A stretch of DNA of 64,000 bases from Lingula anatina (Eukaryota; Animalia; Brachiopoda): assembly GCA_051362555.1 (NCBI GenBank), contig CM120649.1:16754567-16818566 (forward strand), in the 5' to 3' direction. How positions within the stretch are numbered: the first letter of the stretch is position 1; each line of letters begins with the position of its first letter. Made by a program: the position numbers and the translations under genes. The notes below the pieces were generated by a model. It searched no databases. It saw only the letters and a list, made by a program, of their open reading frames with translations, and was not told where the DNA came from. Shown in pieces: positions 24,489-38,700 of the stretch.

Positions 24489-24572
24489 AGTCTTATTCAT
24501 TCATTTGAATAAAAATGCCTTCGCATCTGGTGAATAACATTTGCCATTTTTGTAAAAGCTTTGAACTATACG

Positions 24573-24848
24573 CAGGCCTACCCAACTACCAGACTCAGCA
24601 CATAAGGATCCTTAATTAACCGGTTTATCGGACCACACTACCCGTTTTCAAGGTGTGTGTCAGATCGCATTTCGGAGTATCAGTCAGAACACCGACAAGA
24701 TGAGCCCGCGGTCGTCCTACAAAATTTGTTCTGGGGTATGATACTCCGAAATGCGATCTGACACACACCTTGAAAACGGGTAGTGTGGTCCGATATAGCG
24801 GTAAATTCAGGATCTTTATGTGCCGAGTCTGGTAGTTGGGTAGGCCTG
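24573..24848. mobile_element. Second, shorter copy of the same 5-bp-TSD MITE
   Basis: Same caggcc...ggcctg TIRs, flanked by atacg at 24568-24572 and 24849-24853. It lacks the internal segment of about 275 bp. Confidence 0.92.
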
Positions 24849-25370
24849 ATACGGAAACGAACTTGGTCGAGTTAAAATATACACGTATGGTCTATGTACA
24901 TATTTTGCACATACGTCTCAAAATGACCCTTTTAATTAAGCTAACATTGTTCTTGCTTTTTTCCCGTCCCGTATGAAAGGAACTTATTGTTATATTTAAG
25001 TAAAGCCAACATCATGCAGATCATTTTGGAGTTATAAAAGCACCTTTGTTTGCGGTGAAGAATGAACGTGTTTTGTAAAGGTTTTCTACCACAACAAATG
25101 TGCTGCAACGTTTTTGTTATTGTGAAATCGCAGTCGCCCCGTATCCAAGTTGTTCTGTGCGGCGCTGACGTTTTTGATATCGCTTTAAAAAGTGAGGAAA
25201 GACTGAGGTGTTACTCAGTAAGATCTGCTTTCCACAATTTTTAAATTATACTGTAGTGGTGTGATCGTCATGCATCAGACAGCGCGTGCAAGACACAGCT
25301 AATGTAACATGAACAACGATCTTCAAACTGAATTTTTATCATTTAATTTAGACTGATTTGTGATACTAAA

Positions 25371-28300
25371 ATGCCACTGCGGATGATTCTCGTCGTAACA
25401 GGGATTTTCACCACGGTCCTTCTGTCATATTCTGGATTGTCTAGCGGATTAACAGGGTAAGTGGAACAAAGGAAGACCTCCTGCTCGGAAAGCATGTCTC
25501 TAATGCCCCAACGTCGAGACGACCACGACATACTTGTTTGACATTCGCTTCTAGCCTTAGCTAGACAACTAAGAAAAAAAAAAATAGATGTCAGAATAAC
25601 TGTTCGTCAATCACTTAAAGTGATTCAATACAATTGTAGTTTTTATGTAATATCTGCGGGAAATGCTTTAAACTAGAGAAATGACGAGTTTTACCGATCG
25701 TCCAGGCATGAATAAGTTTAACACTCTCCTCCCCCCACTCTCCGGCCTGAACTTTTGGATACGCTCCAGATAAAGCGTTACTAAAATATGTGGGAATATA
25801 GGCCTAATGTGGAAATAAGGTAGACATACCTTGTTTTTTTTCACTATGTCATACCAACATGGATGCAAGTCCCAAGTTCCAGACAGATATCCCCATAAAT
25901 TCCTCCATCCCTGTTCTACTTGCTTATTGTCAAACTAACGTCAGTTCTTTTTCAGTGCAGCTCACGTGCGGCAAAAGGGGCAAATTAAATGTGTGAAATA
26001 ATTATAGGACATTAACGAATTAACCAGCCAACAGATTTAAATAGCTCTTTAAACGACTTCATGTCAAATTTTAAATGGCCCTTATTCATGTTTGCAAAAT
26101 ACGACATTTAAACTGGAAGTTCTTCGTTAATTATTGTCACATGTTGCATGGAATAATTAAGATAAGTTTATTTTATCAATATAAATACTGCCAATTTCAA
26201 ATACAAGAGAATTGCGTTTATATCTTTAATGCCGTTTGAATAAGATAAGACTACTGCTGCAAACAATAGGTCTACATGTACATGAATCTTACTTGCAACT
26301 TTCGTAGGTTTTCAGACATTTTTCCTTTTATCATTCTGCCAAACATTTTTACATTTAAAACTAATCTCCTTCTCTTTTTCCTCCTGTTTTTTCATACATG
26401 TCTCATAATTATGAAACTCTTATGTACACTTGACGGAAAGCAGACTTTTTTCATTATTTTCAGACATGTTTGCAACAGAACGGAAGACAGAAACTTCACA
26501 AGATTGTTCAAACATTATCGACGTTGCAGAACGGTAGTACCATGTGGACTCTGGGACTGGGGCAGGTGTACCAGGTATTTCGTCGCCAAGGGCACGTTAT
26601 TAAATAATAATACATATTTACAGTCTAAAACCCGCTAAAATGTTCAGTAAAATTTACAGTGGTGAATTAAGAGAATAAGTTGCATAAAAATCAATTAATA
26701 AACAATCAGCTAAAATGTGAAGGTGGTGATTGTATAGAAAAAGGTAAGGTTTTATGTTCTCAAAATTGAGATGGCCACTAGGTTTCCATGGTAACCACAA
26801 CTGTCATTTGTAAGAGCTGAGATAAACAAATTCCTAAATTAAGGACAGTTTAAGCGGCTCTGATGTCTGGCACACCTACTGAAGCTGTTAGGGGGAAATT
26901 AACTATCGTTTAGCAGCTTCAGTAGGCGTGCCAGACATCTACGCCGTTTAAACTGAACGCAGTTTAGTGTGAAACCCCTCTGAGATGGGTCGATCCTGCT
27001 AGATCAATTAGGGCTTGGGGATGGGGTCAAAGTCTATCTGAAGCGCAACATTTAGGAAGGCGGGGTCACGAGACGTTGATAGAGCAAAATGATTAATATT
27101 TTGGTGGAAACAATATCGAAAGACCGCCTTTACCTGAAAGATTTTCACAATATCTCTCAAAATCTAAGCACGCGTAACGATACAATACGGGCCAATATAT
27201 CAGGCCTGGGCGTGAAGGCTTTAAGGTTGAGACGCTTTTTGTTCGACCTAACTTTATAAATTTTAACGCACAAATGGATATATTGATTCAGTTCACAGGC
27301 TCCCACTGCAGTTTGTTTGCCTGATATCAATACACAATTAAACTCTTTTCGGCAGAACAAAAACATTAAAGCGTACACTGACTGGTTTCAAGAAGAGCTT
27401 AAAATAACCACTGCGGTTTGTAAGTACCCACAGCACCATAACACTATATGTTGAGGCAATATTTAAGCACACGTAATTTAACAAGTAATGTGCGGGCTAC
27501 TTGTGTATACATGGAATATACGAGCATTAGATATTGTTACTTAAAAGGATAACAACTATTCATTTTGGCCAAAAAATGAATTTTCCTGGGGTTAACAACA
27601 ATTTCCCCATACTTACCAATGGTTAATGAATCAATTTTTACATTCAAAGTTACTGGTCATTTTCTTTTCTAGAAAGTTTGGTTTTTCGTTAAAATCTCTT
27701 ATGAGATTATTACAAAGTATAGCCATCTATGGAGGTCACTTGGTCCGGTGACAAGCACAGATTTCAGAATAATTGATATAACTGCCATTTTGGTGGTAAA
27801 ATAGAATGGATTATATTTTTATGAGTTATTTACAATGTATTTATTATGAAATATAGATTTCTCACGAAGAGTTGTTATCCATTTAAATACATACAGTCCT
27901 GACTATAGATATGAAATTTACTTTCCAAATCATTTTTCTTCGATTTTTCCTATTTATTTGCTTGATAAATGAAGACAAAAAATTTAATCGCTTTCTTATC
28001 CCTTTTTTAAAGTTATTAAATGTTTAAAATAATCTTTTCAAAGTCATTGTGACGTTAGAATTTTCCTAATTATTTGCTCTAACAGAATTGAAAATATTTC
28101 TCTTGAGATTATTGTCTCTTCTTAAACTTACAGAATTATGTCTTTGATGATTAAAAAGACTTGTCATGGTTATCCTATGTTTAAGAGAGTTAAATCATCA
28201 CCTTGAAGCTTACAAATTTAACCCGCCGTTTAAGAGATGTAAACGTTAGCTAGCGTTAAACGCCGTTTTTGAAAACCGGATAAACGTGATATAAGTTAAA

Positions 28301-31300
28301 CTCTGGTTTTAAACGCTGATTAATCCTAATTCTTTCCAGCTACTATGACTGTAGTACATACAGCCTGGCCTACGACACGCTCCCAGTGACAGTAAATTAC
28401 TGTTGTGAGGGGTGGACTGCTGGAGTCAACGCCACAAACACTAGTAGCTGCGACATACGTGAGTCAATGTGACATTATTCTGTAGCATTTAGATACACGA
28501 ATTAGGTTAAAAATCCTCATGTGGGTTCAATGCTGTTAGTAAAAGAATGTAACATTAAAAATGAATACAGTGAGAAAACTTATAGAAAATTCCAAAGTAA
28601 GCAGAATTGATAACGCTGCATGATTCGGACCATCGCGTCCTGTTCGAGATCGGACCTTTACACATTACGAAAGCCACGAGTCTTGAACTTAAAGACGCCA
28701 TTAACGTCTCCTTAGATGCCCGGTAACGTGTTTGTCTCTTTTCCTTTTTTTTTCATTTGCAATGCTAGACAGGTTATTCTGATAGCCGAATTTGTGTTTT
28801 AGCCGTTTGTACAACGGGGTGTGCGAATAATGGCGAATGTATAGCTCCAGAGACCTGTAAATGCCAGCCACCTTACCACGGACTTGCCTGTAACGAAAGT
28901 AAGTAATAAAAGTCGCAATGAGAACTCAGGCCTTATAAGTTATAAACCAATTCCCTGATCCCGAGCCTCGGGTCAGTGATCGCAAACGCCGAATTAACGA
29001 TTCATGACTCATGACGCGAATGTACGGTTAAAAAACCCCAAATCCTCAAAATTAGTGTCGGGCGCAATCTTTAAACAACTTATCATATTTGTCTGGCCTT
29101 GTTTATTATTCAGCCTATGACCCCTGTCAAATCACAAGGGAACTCGCGGTGGGTTTTGAGAGGAGCAGAAAAAATACCAACTTCACCGCAGACCCTAAAT
29201 GTGACTCTACACTTCCGAGGACCTGGTATAAGATAGGTCACTCCGCCATTTTTCACCTGCCTACCACCTGTCCTGGATCACCGGCTTGTGGGACCGCTGG
29301 ACCTGTTTGGGTGAATACAAGTGAGTATCATTAACTTAGAAAAGGCCACAGTCGTTATCTTCTGTAAGGGAAGCAAATCACCAAAAACCCTATTCCTTTT
29401 TTCATCAATAAAAACCTTACCTAGAGTCCACAAAAAGTTCACAGACATGGAGGCATTAGAATTCAGTCAAATGGTCCTTTAAAAGTGCCCTAACAAATCT
29501 GAAAATGAAATCTATTGGAGCTCTATTTTCAATGAAGTGATAAAAGAAAAGCTTTCAAATTTCATTACTTTTTGTATTTTTATTCTTTATAAAAATTATA
29601 TTAATCTGTCTTTTCATTTTTTATTTTGTGATATACGGGGAAGGGTCTCTAAACTCGCCTGTATATTTTAAATTTTTTCTGCATTTTTCGTTTCAGCCAA
29701 CACGTCAATACCAGCGGGTGCCATGGTATCTTTAGAAGCATGCGTTGGGTCGCCTGACAGCTGCTGTGAGTCCTTGCTGCCAGTGCAAATTAAGAATTGC
29801 ACAGAATTTATGGTCTACTATCTAAGCCCGACGGTGGCATGCCCACAATCCTATTGTTTTGGTAAGACATTACAAAATGCCAAATTATATTAATCTTTCT
29901 CTTATCAGAGAGAATTACATAAATGTTACTGCTTTTAAGATATACATATTAGCTGAAATCAAAAGAACAAAAATGTTTGCTTCCATTTAGACATTCCAGA
30001 CCTGTTGGTAATATGTCATGAAAAGCAGTTGGATCCCTTTTAGTAATGAATATATGTGGAATTATGAATAATGATATTATTAACAAAACATATTATTAAA
30101 TGAACATGAACATTAACTAGAATTATATTCTTTATCAGAGGTTCCCCCCTGCCTTGACTGTAACAGACCAGTGTGTCCATATGGATATCGATATGACTCT
30201 AAAACGGCATATTGTAAAGGTAGTGTACTCCTTGCCCTTTTAACATAATTTACCTCTCGGCATACCATTGAAGTTATTACTGTAGTTTTTGTGTACTTAG
30301 AAAAAATGGTTATCGCAATTGCGAGCTGATTAGGGAAGAGAGCGTGCAAATAAATTTGGTTTGTAAAATTATTATGATTTAAGTGAGGTGGCTTAATGAA
30401 AAAATCGTGACACCGCGGATAAAAACACTAAGTTTGGCATGCGGTTACCTTTTGACAAACAAAATCAAATTACCCTCGTAGCTGTCTCGAAAAAATAGTC
30501 TTTTTTGTAACTGAGCCACATTCTGCATATTCACATTTATTAAATTTTGGAAAGTGTTTTTATGATATTTTTGTTATGTTGGCAACAATTTTGATCCTGT
30601 AAATTGCAGATATAGATGAATGCGCTCTCGAAAACGACGGTTGTAGGGACACTTGCATCAACACCCACGGCTCCTACTACTGTGAATGTAGAGAGCCTGG
30701 TTTTACGCTGTCAGCCAACCGTCACACTTGTCGAGGTAAGTAGATGAAGAAATACCAATTGCGCATGCTTTATACAAGGACGCAAATGTACGTCTAGCCT
30801 CAGCTTCATACATTACTATATCTAACTTTGATTACCATTGTTTTTATAAAGTGGTGGCTGTCAGTTTGTATATTCTTTTTGCAACAGTAGTGAGCAAGGA
30901 TCGATCAAGTCACTGAACATTAACTTTAAAAGCCGACTTCATTTGCTGTGGATTTATACCTAATTTATACCTAATGTATTATTATAAATTTTTGATCCAG
31001 CCATACGATCTTGACCGCCCTGGTCCCACCGTTCATTTAAAGAAAAGTACTAAACGTCCCATACTACTGCCAGTTCAAAAACACGCAAAACGAACTGACG
31101 AAAAGTTCTCCTCACTGACCTTTGGGACGTATTCACTCTTGAAAACCTGAAAAGAATTGTTCGATATGAAGTTCCTTTAACAACATTGATACTGTACATT
31201 GCAGATATAAATGAATGCGCTGTCAATAACGGTGGTTGTGGTGACGTTTGCATTAACACCTACGGCTCCTACTACTGTAAATGTAACGACGCTGGTTTTA

Positions 31301-34170
31301 CACTGTCAGACGACGGTCACACCTGTCGAGGTAAGTAGATAAAGAAATACCATTGGTGTATGTCATCATCTACCGTGATCTTCATATCTTTGCTGACCAT
31401 TGTTTTTAAAAATGGGTGGCCGTCAGTTTGCAAGATTAGTGAACAGGAATGATCAAGCCGCTCTGAAAATTATGGTTAAACCTTGTGGTCGGCCCAATAG
31501 TTTGGTGCCCTATCCGATACGACCAGCTCCTTATTAAAATGCTGTTGGAATGTTGGTAAAATATTAAGAGTGGAACCATATTGTAGGTAGAATACCAGTA
31601 CATTTGGAATACCATTCCATATTTTTCCACTTAGAATGCTCTTTGAAGGTTCTGGGCAAATGCAAACGTTCTGATCGACAACAAGAATGGTTCCGAACAT
31701 TTGGAATAAATGCACTCAGTAATTTAGCATGCGCAAAAATACATGAATATACAAGGGATTTTCATCTCGATGGCGTACTAATTTATCAGTCCCTCGGTTG
31801 ACTAAGGTACGGGGTGTATAATGTTATTTTATGTACTATTACACCCCATTCTCATAGATTAGATCGACCTACATTGGATCGACCTAACTCCCTGGGGGTT
31901 CACGCTAAATAGCTGTCAGCCGGGCGGACACGAAAGTTAATTACCCCTTAAAGCTTGTAGTAGGCGGGGACGGACACTTAAGGGGGATTATCTGACAGTA
32001 ATCTAGTGAGACTCCCCGCGGTGATAGATCGATCTAAAAGTTGTGAGAACAGAGCCTTAGAGTGGCTGAATTAGACAGTCGTCAAGAGAGAAAGAAAACT
32101 TCGATTAATCCCAACTCTCAAAAAATTAGATCGTAGGTTAGTGTCCAGAATAACGCTGTAGTGCTATACTATGGTTGTTTCGACTGTAATTGCTTTTTAT
32201 CTGAGAGTTCTATTGTCAGAAATCCAATGGTGGGAAGACGCACGACTGTACCCCTTTGGTCAAAACGCTGGGGACAGCAATACACAGGACGACTTGAACC
32301 GGTTGGGTTGGTCTCGGATCAATAGATGGTGGTTGTACTCTGATTCTGTCTGCCTCAGGGTTAAATTACTCAGGGCAGGGTTTCCCTTCTTCAACGGACG
32401 ACATTACAATGTTCATGTAAGTAAAGAAAATGCTCATTGTGAAATCGTTGAGACAGTGGAGAATATATGTAACTCATGCTTTATTTCAACGTTCAGTTCA
32501 GTTAACATTTTGCCATTCACATCTCTTATGTCGGTATAGCAAATGAACAAGTCAGCGTATCAGCAAATCATCAAGTCAGCAAGTCAGTAAAACAGCAAGG
32601 TACATAATCTAGGAAAGAAAACAATAAATAAATAAAATAAATAAATAAAGGAAACTATAAAAATGCTTATATACATGTACATCTGAACATTTAAATTACA
32701 TACATCAAATATATAACTGTATAATACTAGATATATTGAACACTACATTAAGTAGGCTTTATATAGCGAGACTTGAATCTGTTATATCTATTCAATGAAC
32801 AAAAATAATATGAAATTTACCTTATAATGCAATTACCATAATATACTTTGAATTAAAACGTTAAATACTGAATTACAGCAAGGCTTTACAGTTGACAATT
32901 ATACTAATGCGTTCGCGTATTTTACATTTACTGTATTTCATACTAATAGCCACACCCTACCAGGTGCTCTAGCTAATATACCAATATTTTACCTTTATCA
33001 TTTATACAGAAAACTAATAAATACAATGTTCACATATATTTTGATAAGATAAACACTTACATAATGATTTCTCCGTAGAACTGTAACAATACACCATACA
33101 ACGTTGGAAATAACGGTAAAATGCAGGAGAGACCCTACTTGTGCAAAATCCTGTAGCGTTATGACCAGGTAACATTCAAAACAGGCGCGCTACTCATGCA
33201 AGTCATGAAAACTACTCACACCTTGTATATCTAAAACAAGGAATCTAGCATTTACACCTTGTAAATCTAAAGCAAGGAATCTGGCACTTACACTCATGTT
33301 GGTATCGGCTACTCATTAATACAGTACTTACACGGCTAGCCAGCAGACACTGTTAGTTGCTGGCCGTTTTTTGTGTTACTTTCTCACGGCGACTTTTTGA
33401 ACCACGAATTGTGCCCTGAGAAGAATTTGAATATAAAAATGCTTGATTCCTAAAAATGTTGAACATTTAATTTATGATTGGTGAATTTCTAGTAAGCTTC
33501 ATAGTACTTTTAACTAACGCAAGTGTAGTATTCGAACACGTTAGGAGGCATCATTTATTCGAATTAATGGAGTTAAAAGATTAACATCATTTCTGTGCTA
33601 GCAGCCAAACGTCCAATAAGAATAAGAAGAATAATACCGAAAATGTTACTTCTTCTTTTCAAGGGAGTTTGTAACCTACTTATTTAAAGTTAATTACTTA
33701 ATAATGCATATGATACCGTCTTAAGTGGGTTTACATTGGTAGTTTTCATATTTCAGAGCCCAAACACATGTATGAGCCCAAAATATTGATGCACTAAATT
33801 TTCATCTCTATGCTTTTAAACGACTTACTGGCGTTTGCAGAGACCAATGTTTCTGAAATCTGGTATTTATTTTAGAAATGAATTATTATTTATATAATGA
33901 ATAATTATTAATGAATGAATGAATAATTACTATTTTATATATTAATTTATATATACTATTATTTGTTTTTTTTTTTGCCTCTAGATCTGCCACAATGGCG
34001 TTCTTCAGTTCAAACTGGAATGGAAAATTCACATGCCGTGGCGCTTTGGCACACGTTACTGGATGGACCGGCATGCTCTAATTGCACCGTTTTGGAGCCG
34101 CAGTGACGCCAGGCTATTTTCACGATTTAATGTGAATAGGAACAAAACGGTAACACTATTATAATCATTG

Positions 34171-34217
<47 letters not shown>

Positions 34218-35686
34218 TGAACTGATCTTCAACTTCAAGTACAGATTTTTGCCATGTACCGTAGATCATTTCTCCGCCTCTAATTATTAAGTGTAATTAA
34301 AATTCTCTCTAAATATGCTGCCACCGACACTGAAAACACACAGTTTGTAATTGAATAGCAGTGAAGTATAGAGCGTCCGTTTCAGAGATGTTTCTTGTTT
34401 AGAAATTTGTCTTTTCCAGCTGGTTTATTATCAAGTGTATGAGATGAATGACGGGAAGGCTGGGACAGAAGCCATCATTGCCCGAGCTACGGCCGATACT
34501 AAGCATTACACCCAAATCTATAACCAAGCACTCGCAGGTGATTAAAGGGATAAAAACTCATCGTATGAGATCTATATTTCACAATAAAAACATTGTGAAC
34601 AACTCATAGAAATATAACATATTCTGTTTTACCACAAAAACAGCAGTTATAGCTATTATTCTGATATCTGAGCTTGTCTTTAGACCACGTGACTTCCATT
34701 GATGGCTAAACTATGTTATAATCTCTTAAGAGATTATAACAAAAAACAAACTTTTTAGAAAAAAAAACAGGGAATTACTTTGAATGTCAAAATGGATTCA
34801 TTAACCATTGGTAAGTATGGGAAAATTGTTGTTTACGAAGAGTTATTATCCCTTTAAATTACAAATGATGACTAATATTTCAATTGATTTTTGACACGTG
34901 TTTAAATATTGAAGCCAAGTCAAGTGCACATATTTTAAGTATGGATGGAAGAGTATTTACTTTACTTATTTACTTTCTTTATTGATAAGCTCTAGCTGTC
35001 TCTATCTCAGATCATGAATGCGTGGCTTTCCTTAATCCCGATCAGTTTGCAATATTATCAATCTTTCCAAAAAGTCTAATTTTGCAAAAACTCTATATAT
35101 TTAAGACTACATAATATTAATCAGCTGACGTCATCTACACTCGTTTGCATTCTTCCAGAATTCGCCCCCACCTGGGTAATGGTGGTCACGTGGACCAACC
35201 TCCCGCCTTACGTCAGCGACTGCTCACACTGGCGCTGGTACTATTATATTTATCGTTACGGATATTATAACAACCCTTGCAGCACCACCAGGATGCAGAA
35301 TTTGCCGGTAAGAAAATTATTATATCTCATCCAATGGTGTAATTCAGTTGTGATGCCTTTACTTAATAGTACCTGTTCCAGTACAGTACTAAACGATACC
35401 TACCGTGGTTTTGCGAAATCTAACCATTCCCACGGATGGCACGCTCTTTGGCCGAGTCAGCATAGGATGAGCGGGAAAACAGTGAGATTAGATTGGCGCC
35501 GTGTTATTACGTACAACTGGACCGAATATGATGTGGTCGGTTTTTAGAATTTTAAGAAATTGTTTACTGTTTTTACTTATCATTTTACACTGAACTGAAA
35601 GTTTTGAATATAAAATGTTAAAAATACAATATGCATTAAAATTTCAGCGCATAACAAACGCGTGGTGACATACGTTGGCTAATAAA

Positions 35687-35721
<35 letters not shown>

Positions 35722-38700
35722 GCTTCTTATATGGCGCCTTAAGTGCTACCTCAAGGCGGCTTACAATAATGAATAATATAACTAAAATCATTAAAATCAC
35801 TACAATATTTAATCTAAAACATTCATTGGAAACTTTACAATTAACACTACGAAAAAAACATTATCAAAATATATAAAAAAACCTAAGAGATATAGACAGA
35901 TTTAAAAAATCTGTCATAAGTGTGTCATAAGTCCTTGTATCTCTGGCAAGTATTAAAATTTCACGAAAACTCAGTGATTGTGATTTTCTAATCAGTAGCT
36001 GTTTATTATAATTTGATAATATTTCATTTTGTGCAAGTTGAATATCATCCTTGCTGATGGCGTTCATACACTACTTATCTTATAGCCCCAAAGTCTCTCC
36101 GAAAATAAAAAAAAGGAAAGAAAGTAAGCAAATAAGTGTGAATAGTTATATTATCATCACCCTTCTTCTACACTTGATCTAAACAACAAACCGTCCGCTC
36201 GCTTTTCACTGAAGGCATTTTTCTCCAGGTGAATAACTTCCAAGCCGTCCTGATGACTGACGGCCAGTTTGCCTTCGTCAAGTTCATATATCCAGATATA
36301 AACTGGGTTTACGAAGGTGAGTGTGACTGGAGCAATCCCATCAAGGCTCGGTTAACTGTTCTTTGGTGAAAAATATTGCAACTTTGAGGGTGTACATGTG
36401 AGTACTAGAAGGTTTAAAGTGTACACAGTGCGTGATGAAATGCATTATTTCTGTTCAATGTTCGTTATAAATATATAAGTTGTCATCAAAATGAAGAGCC
36501 GTGCAAAAAGACCGGTATCGCCATTGTGTAAAATAAAATTAAGAAATACACGTACCAGTAATAGATGGCTATTCAAAGTTGCAGTATTTTCTTAGAGGAA
36601 AACTTAGTAAGTATTCCTTCTCCAATGTCAACTTTATATGGCATTTCGTTGTTATAAACATGTTTGATGCTATTGTTAGAATAAAGCAACCATCGCATGG
36701 ACGACAATGTTATTTCCATGGTTACCGCGAAAGGGCGCAGGAACAACCCGCAGGTCCTCGCAGGGTAAGAAAGGTTAGATTCCGGCGGCACTGTATGACC
36801 CGTTTGCAAAAGACCCATTTTCTTTCAGATTTCTCCAAAGCCGACTTCGAAAGATTTGTTTCTTCCTCCATACGGTACGGGATGCCAGTAGCGGGGTACA
36901 GCGCGGGGGACGGAAGTGCTGATCGTCAGAACACCTACTACAATATGCCAGCTTCCGGGAAAAGCGTCATGGCGGAATTGGACACGGATGTTGGAAATAC
37001 CGGTACAACTCTCTCTCTCTCTCTCTGCCACATTTTTCTTGAGCGGAAAACTGAATTAAGAAATAAAAAAATACGGAGTTCCTTCATGGATATGGTCAAT
37101 CAATTCAATAAACGATGGCACATTCTCAATCATTTTTTTCATGGAAATTATTTGGCTTATACATAGGAGTCACCTAAGAAGTCTTGCAACTCGCGACAAA
37201 TCGTTAAATCTAGCAAGATTGGACTAAATAATAACAGACTATCCAGTATTGAGTGGATGCAAATAACGAATGCATGTTGACAGTATTTTTTCAATGGATA
37301 TTTTTCTGTTTGTTTTGATAAGTTCTTAAGAATGTCAATCCTGTGTATAACAACATGTATACGCTATTTACTTAAGTTTTGTCATCTAAAGCAGCTTCCT
37401 GGCACATAGGGTTTCAGTTGACAAAAATGTAGCTTCACCTCACGCGGATTCTCGCATGTTTTTCTCGTCTCGTGCGACGTCACGTGGTACCGACTACTGT
37501 AGTATCTCGTTGAAGGCTCTTTTGAGGGAGAATTCCATGCATGTTGGTATCATATAGAAGCGAAGAAGTGCCACCAATTACTGAGAAATATTTTTCCTTT
37601 AGGTGAGGCAGGTACCTGGCTGATTCGCCTGGAGGAAAACAGTGGCGAGGGAACCGCCATTTTGCAATGTTATCGGTGGGCGAAGAAAGAGTTCAGACGT
37701 TACTCCCGGAAACTCAGTAGGGCTAACTTGCGTCCGTGCCCATGCAATTTGAGACAGGCTCGGTGGGACCGACGGTGAGAATAGAAGGCATAAGTGGCTC
37801 CCTCTTTTAAAGAGAAATGAAACAAGACATCTTGGGCTTTTGTGATATTGTACCATATAGGCTATAAAATGCTGCTTATTATCTACATGTATAAAACAAA
37901 CATTCTGGGAAAATGATTGAAACACTGGAACAAAAGTTAACATTTGTATCTGTCCTCAACAGAGTATTACAGTGATACAAAGTTAAAGGTTATTTCGGGC
38001 GTGTATTTTCTCTATTTTAACAAGTTAAACTGCAATTTTGTGCCTATTAAAATATGTGGCATTAAGTAGGGTTTCTTGTCCACTTTTTGTTATGTTGTAA
38101 AGTGTATGACATTGTCACTATTTGTCAATTGATGATTCTGTCCCCAGGTTTCGTGTCAACTGGTGGAACACTCAGGACTATGACGCTAACAGAATATGCT
38201 ACCGATCGACTTTCCGGAGAAGAAATTTGAGACGGAGATGCTGTTACTCAACATTGCGGTTTTCAAATGACTGGGGCGCTCTCCTGGTTGGTAGTCCAAA
38301 TGGAGGGCACGTGGTGGATGACACAGTGAGTATATGTGATTGAGATGTAAGTCCCATTATCGTTACTATATACTAATTTTCAGTAATGTAGACCACCGGA
38401 CCGAAAAATATAAAAATCCAATTTATCAGATAATATCTAGTTGATAACGAATCGAGCAAATATGTTTGCATTAAAAATATAATTTGAACGACGTCAACCA
38501 CTTTTTGATCTCATCCCTTTTCCTCGGTTGCAAAATATTTTAGATAGCTGTAACCCAGCAAACACAGACCGCTATTATAACGTTTCCTTAACGTTTATAT
38601 AAAAATAACGTAATGGTAACGTTAAAATAACGCTCTGTGTTTTCTGTTAGAAGAATCAAAAATTTAATGCAGATTGTAACAGTACATGTATAAATATATA

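Noticed and set aside
36579-37166. 195-aa ORF as a standalone gene
   Set aside because: Only 36829-37002 is a NIDO exon; the rest is intron read-through.
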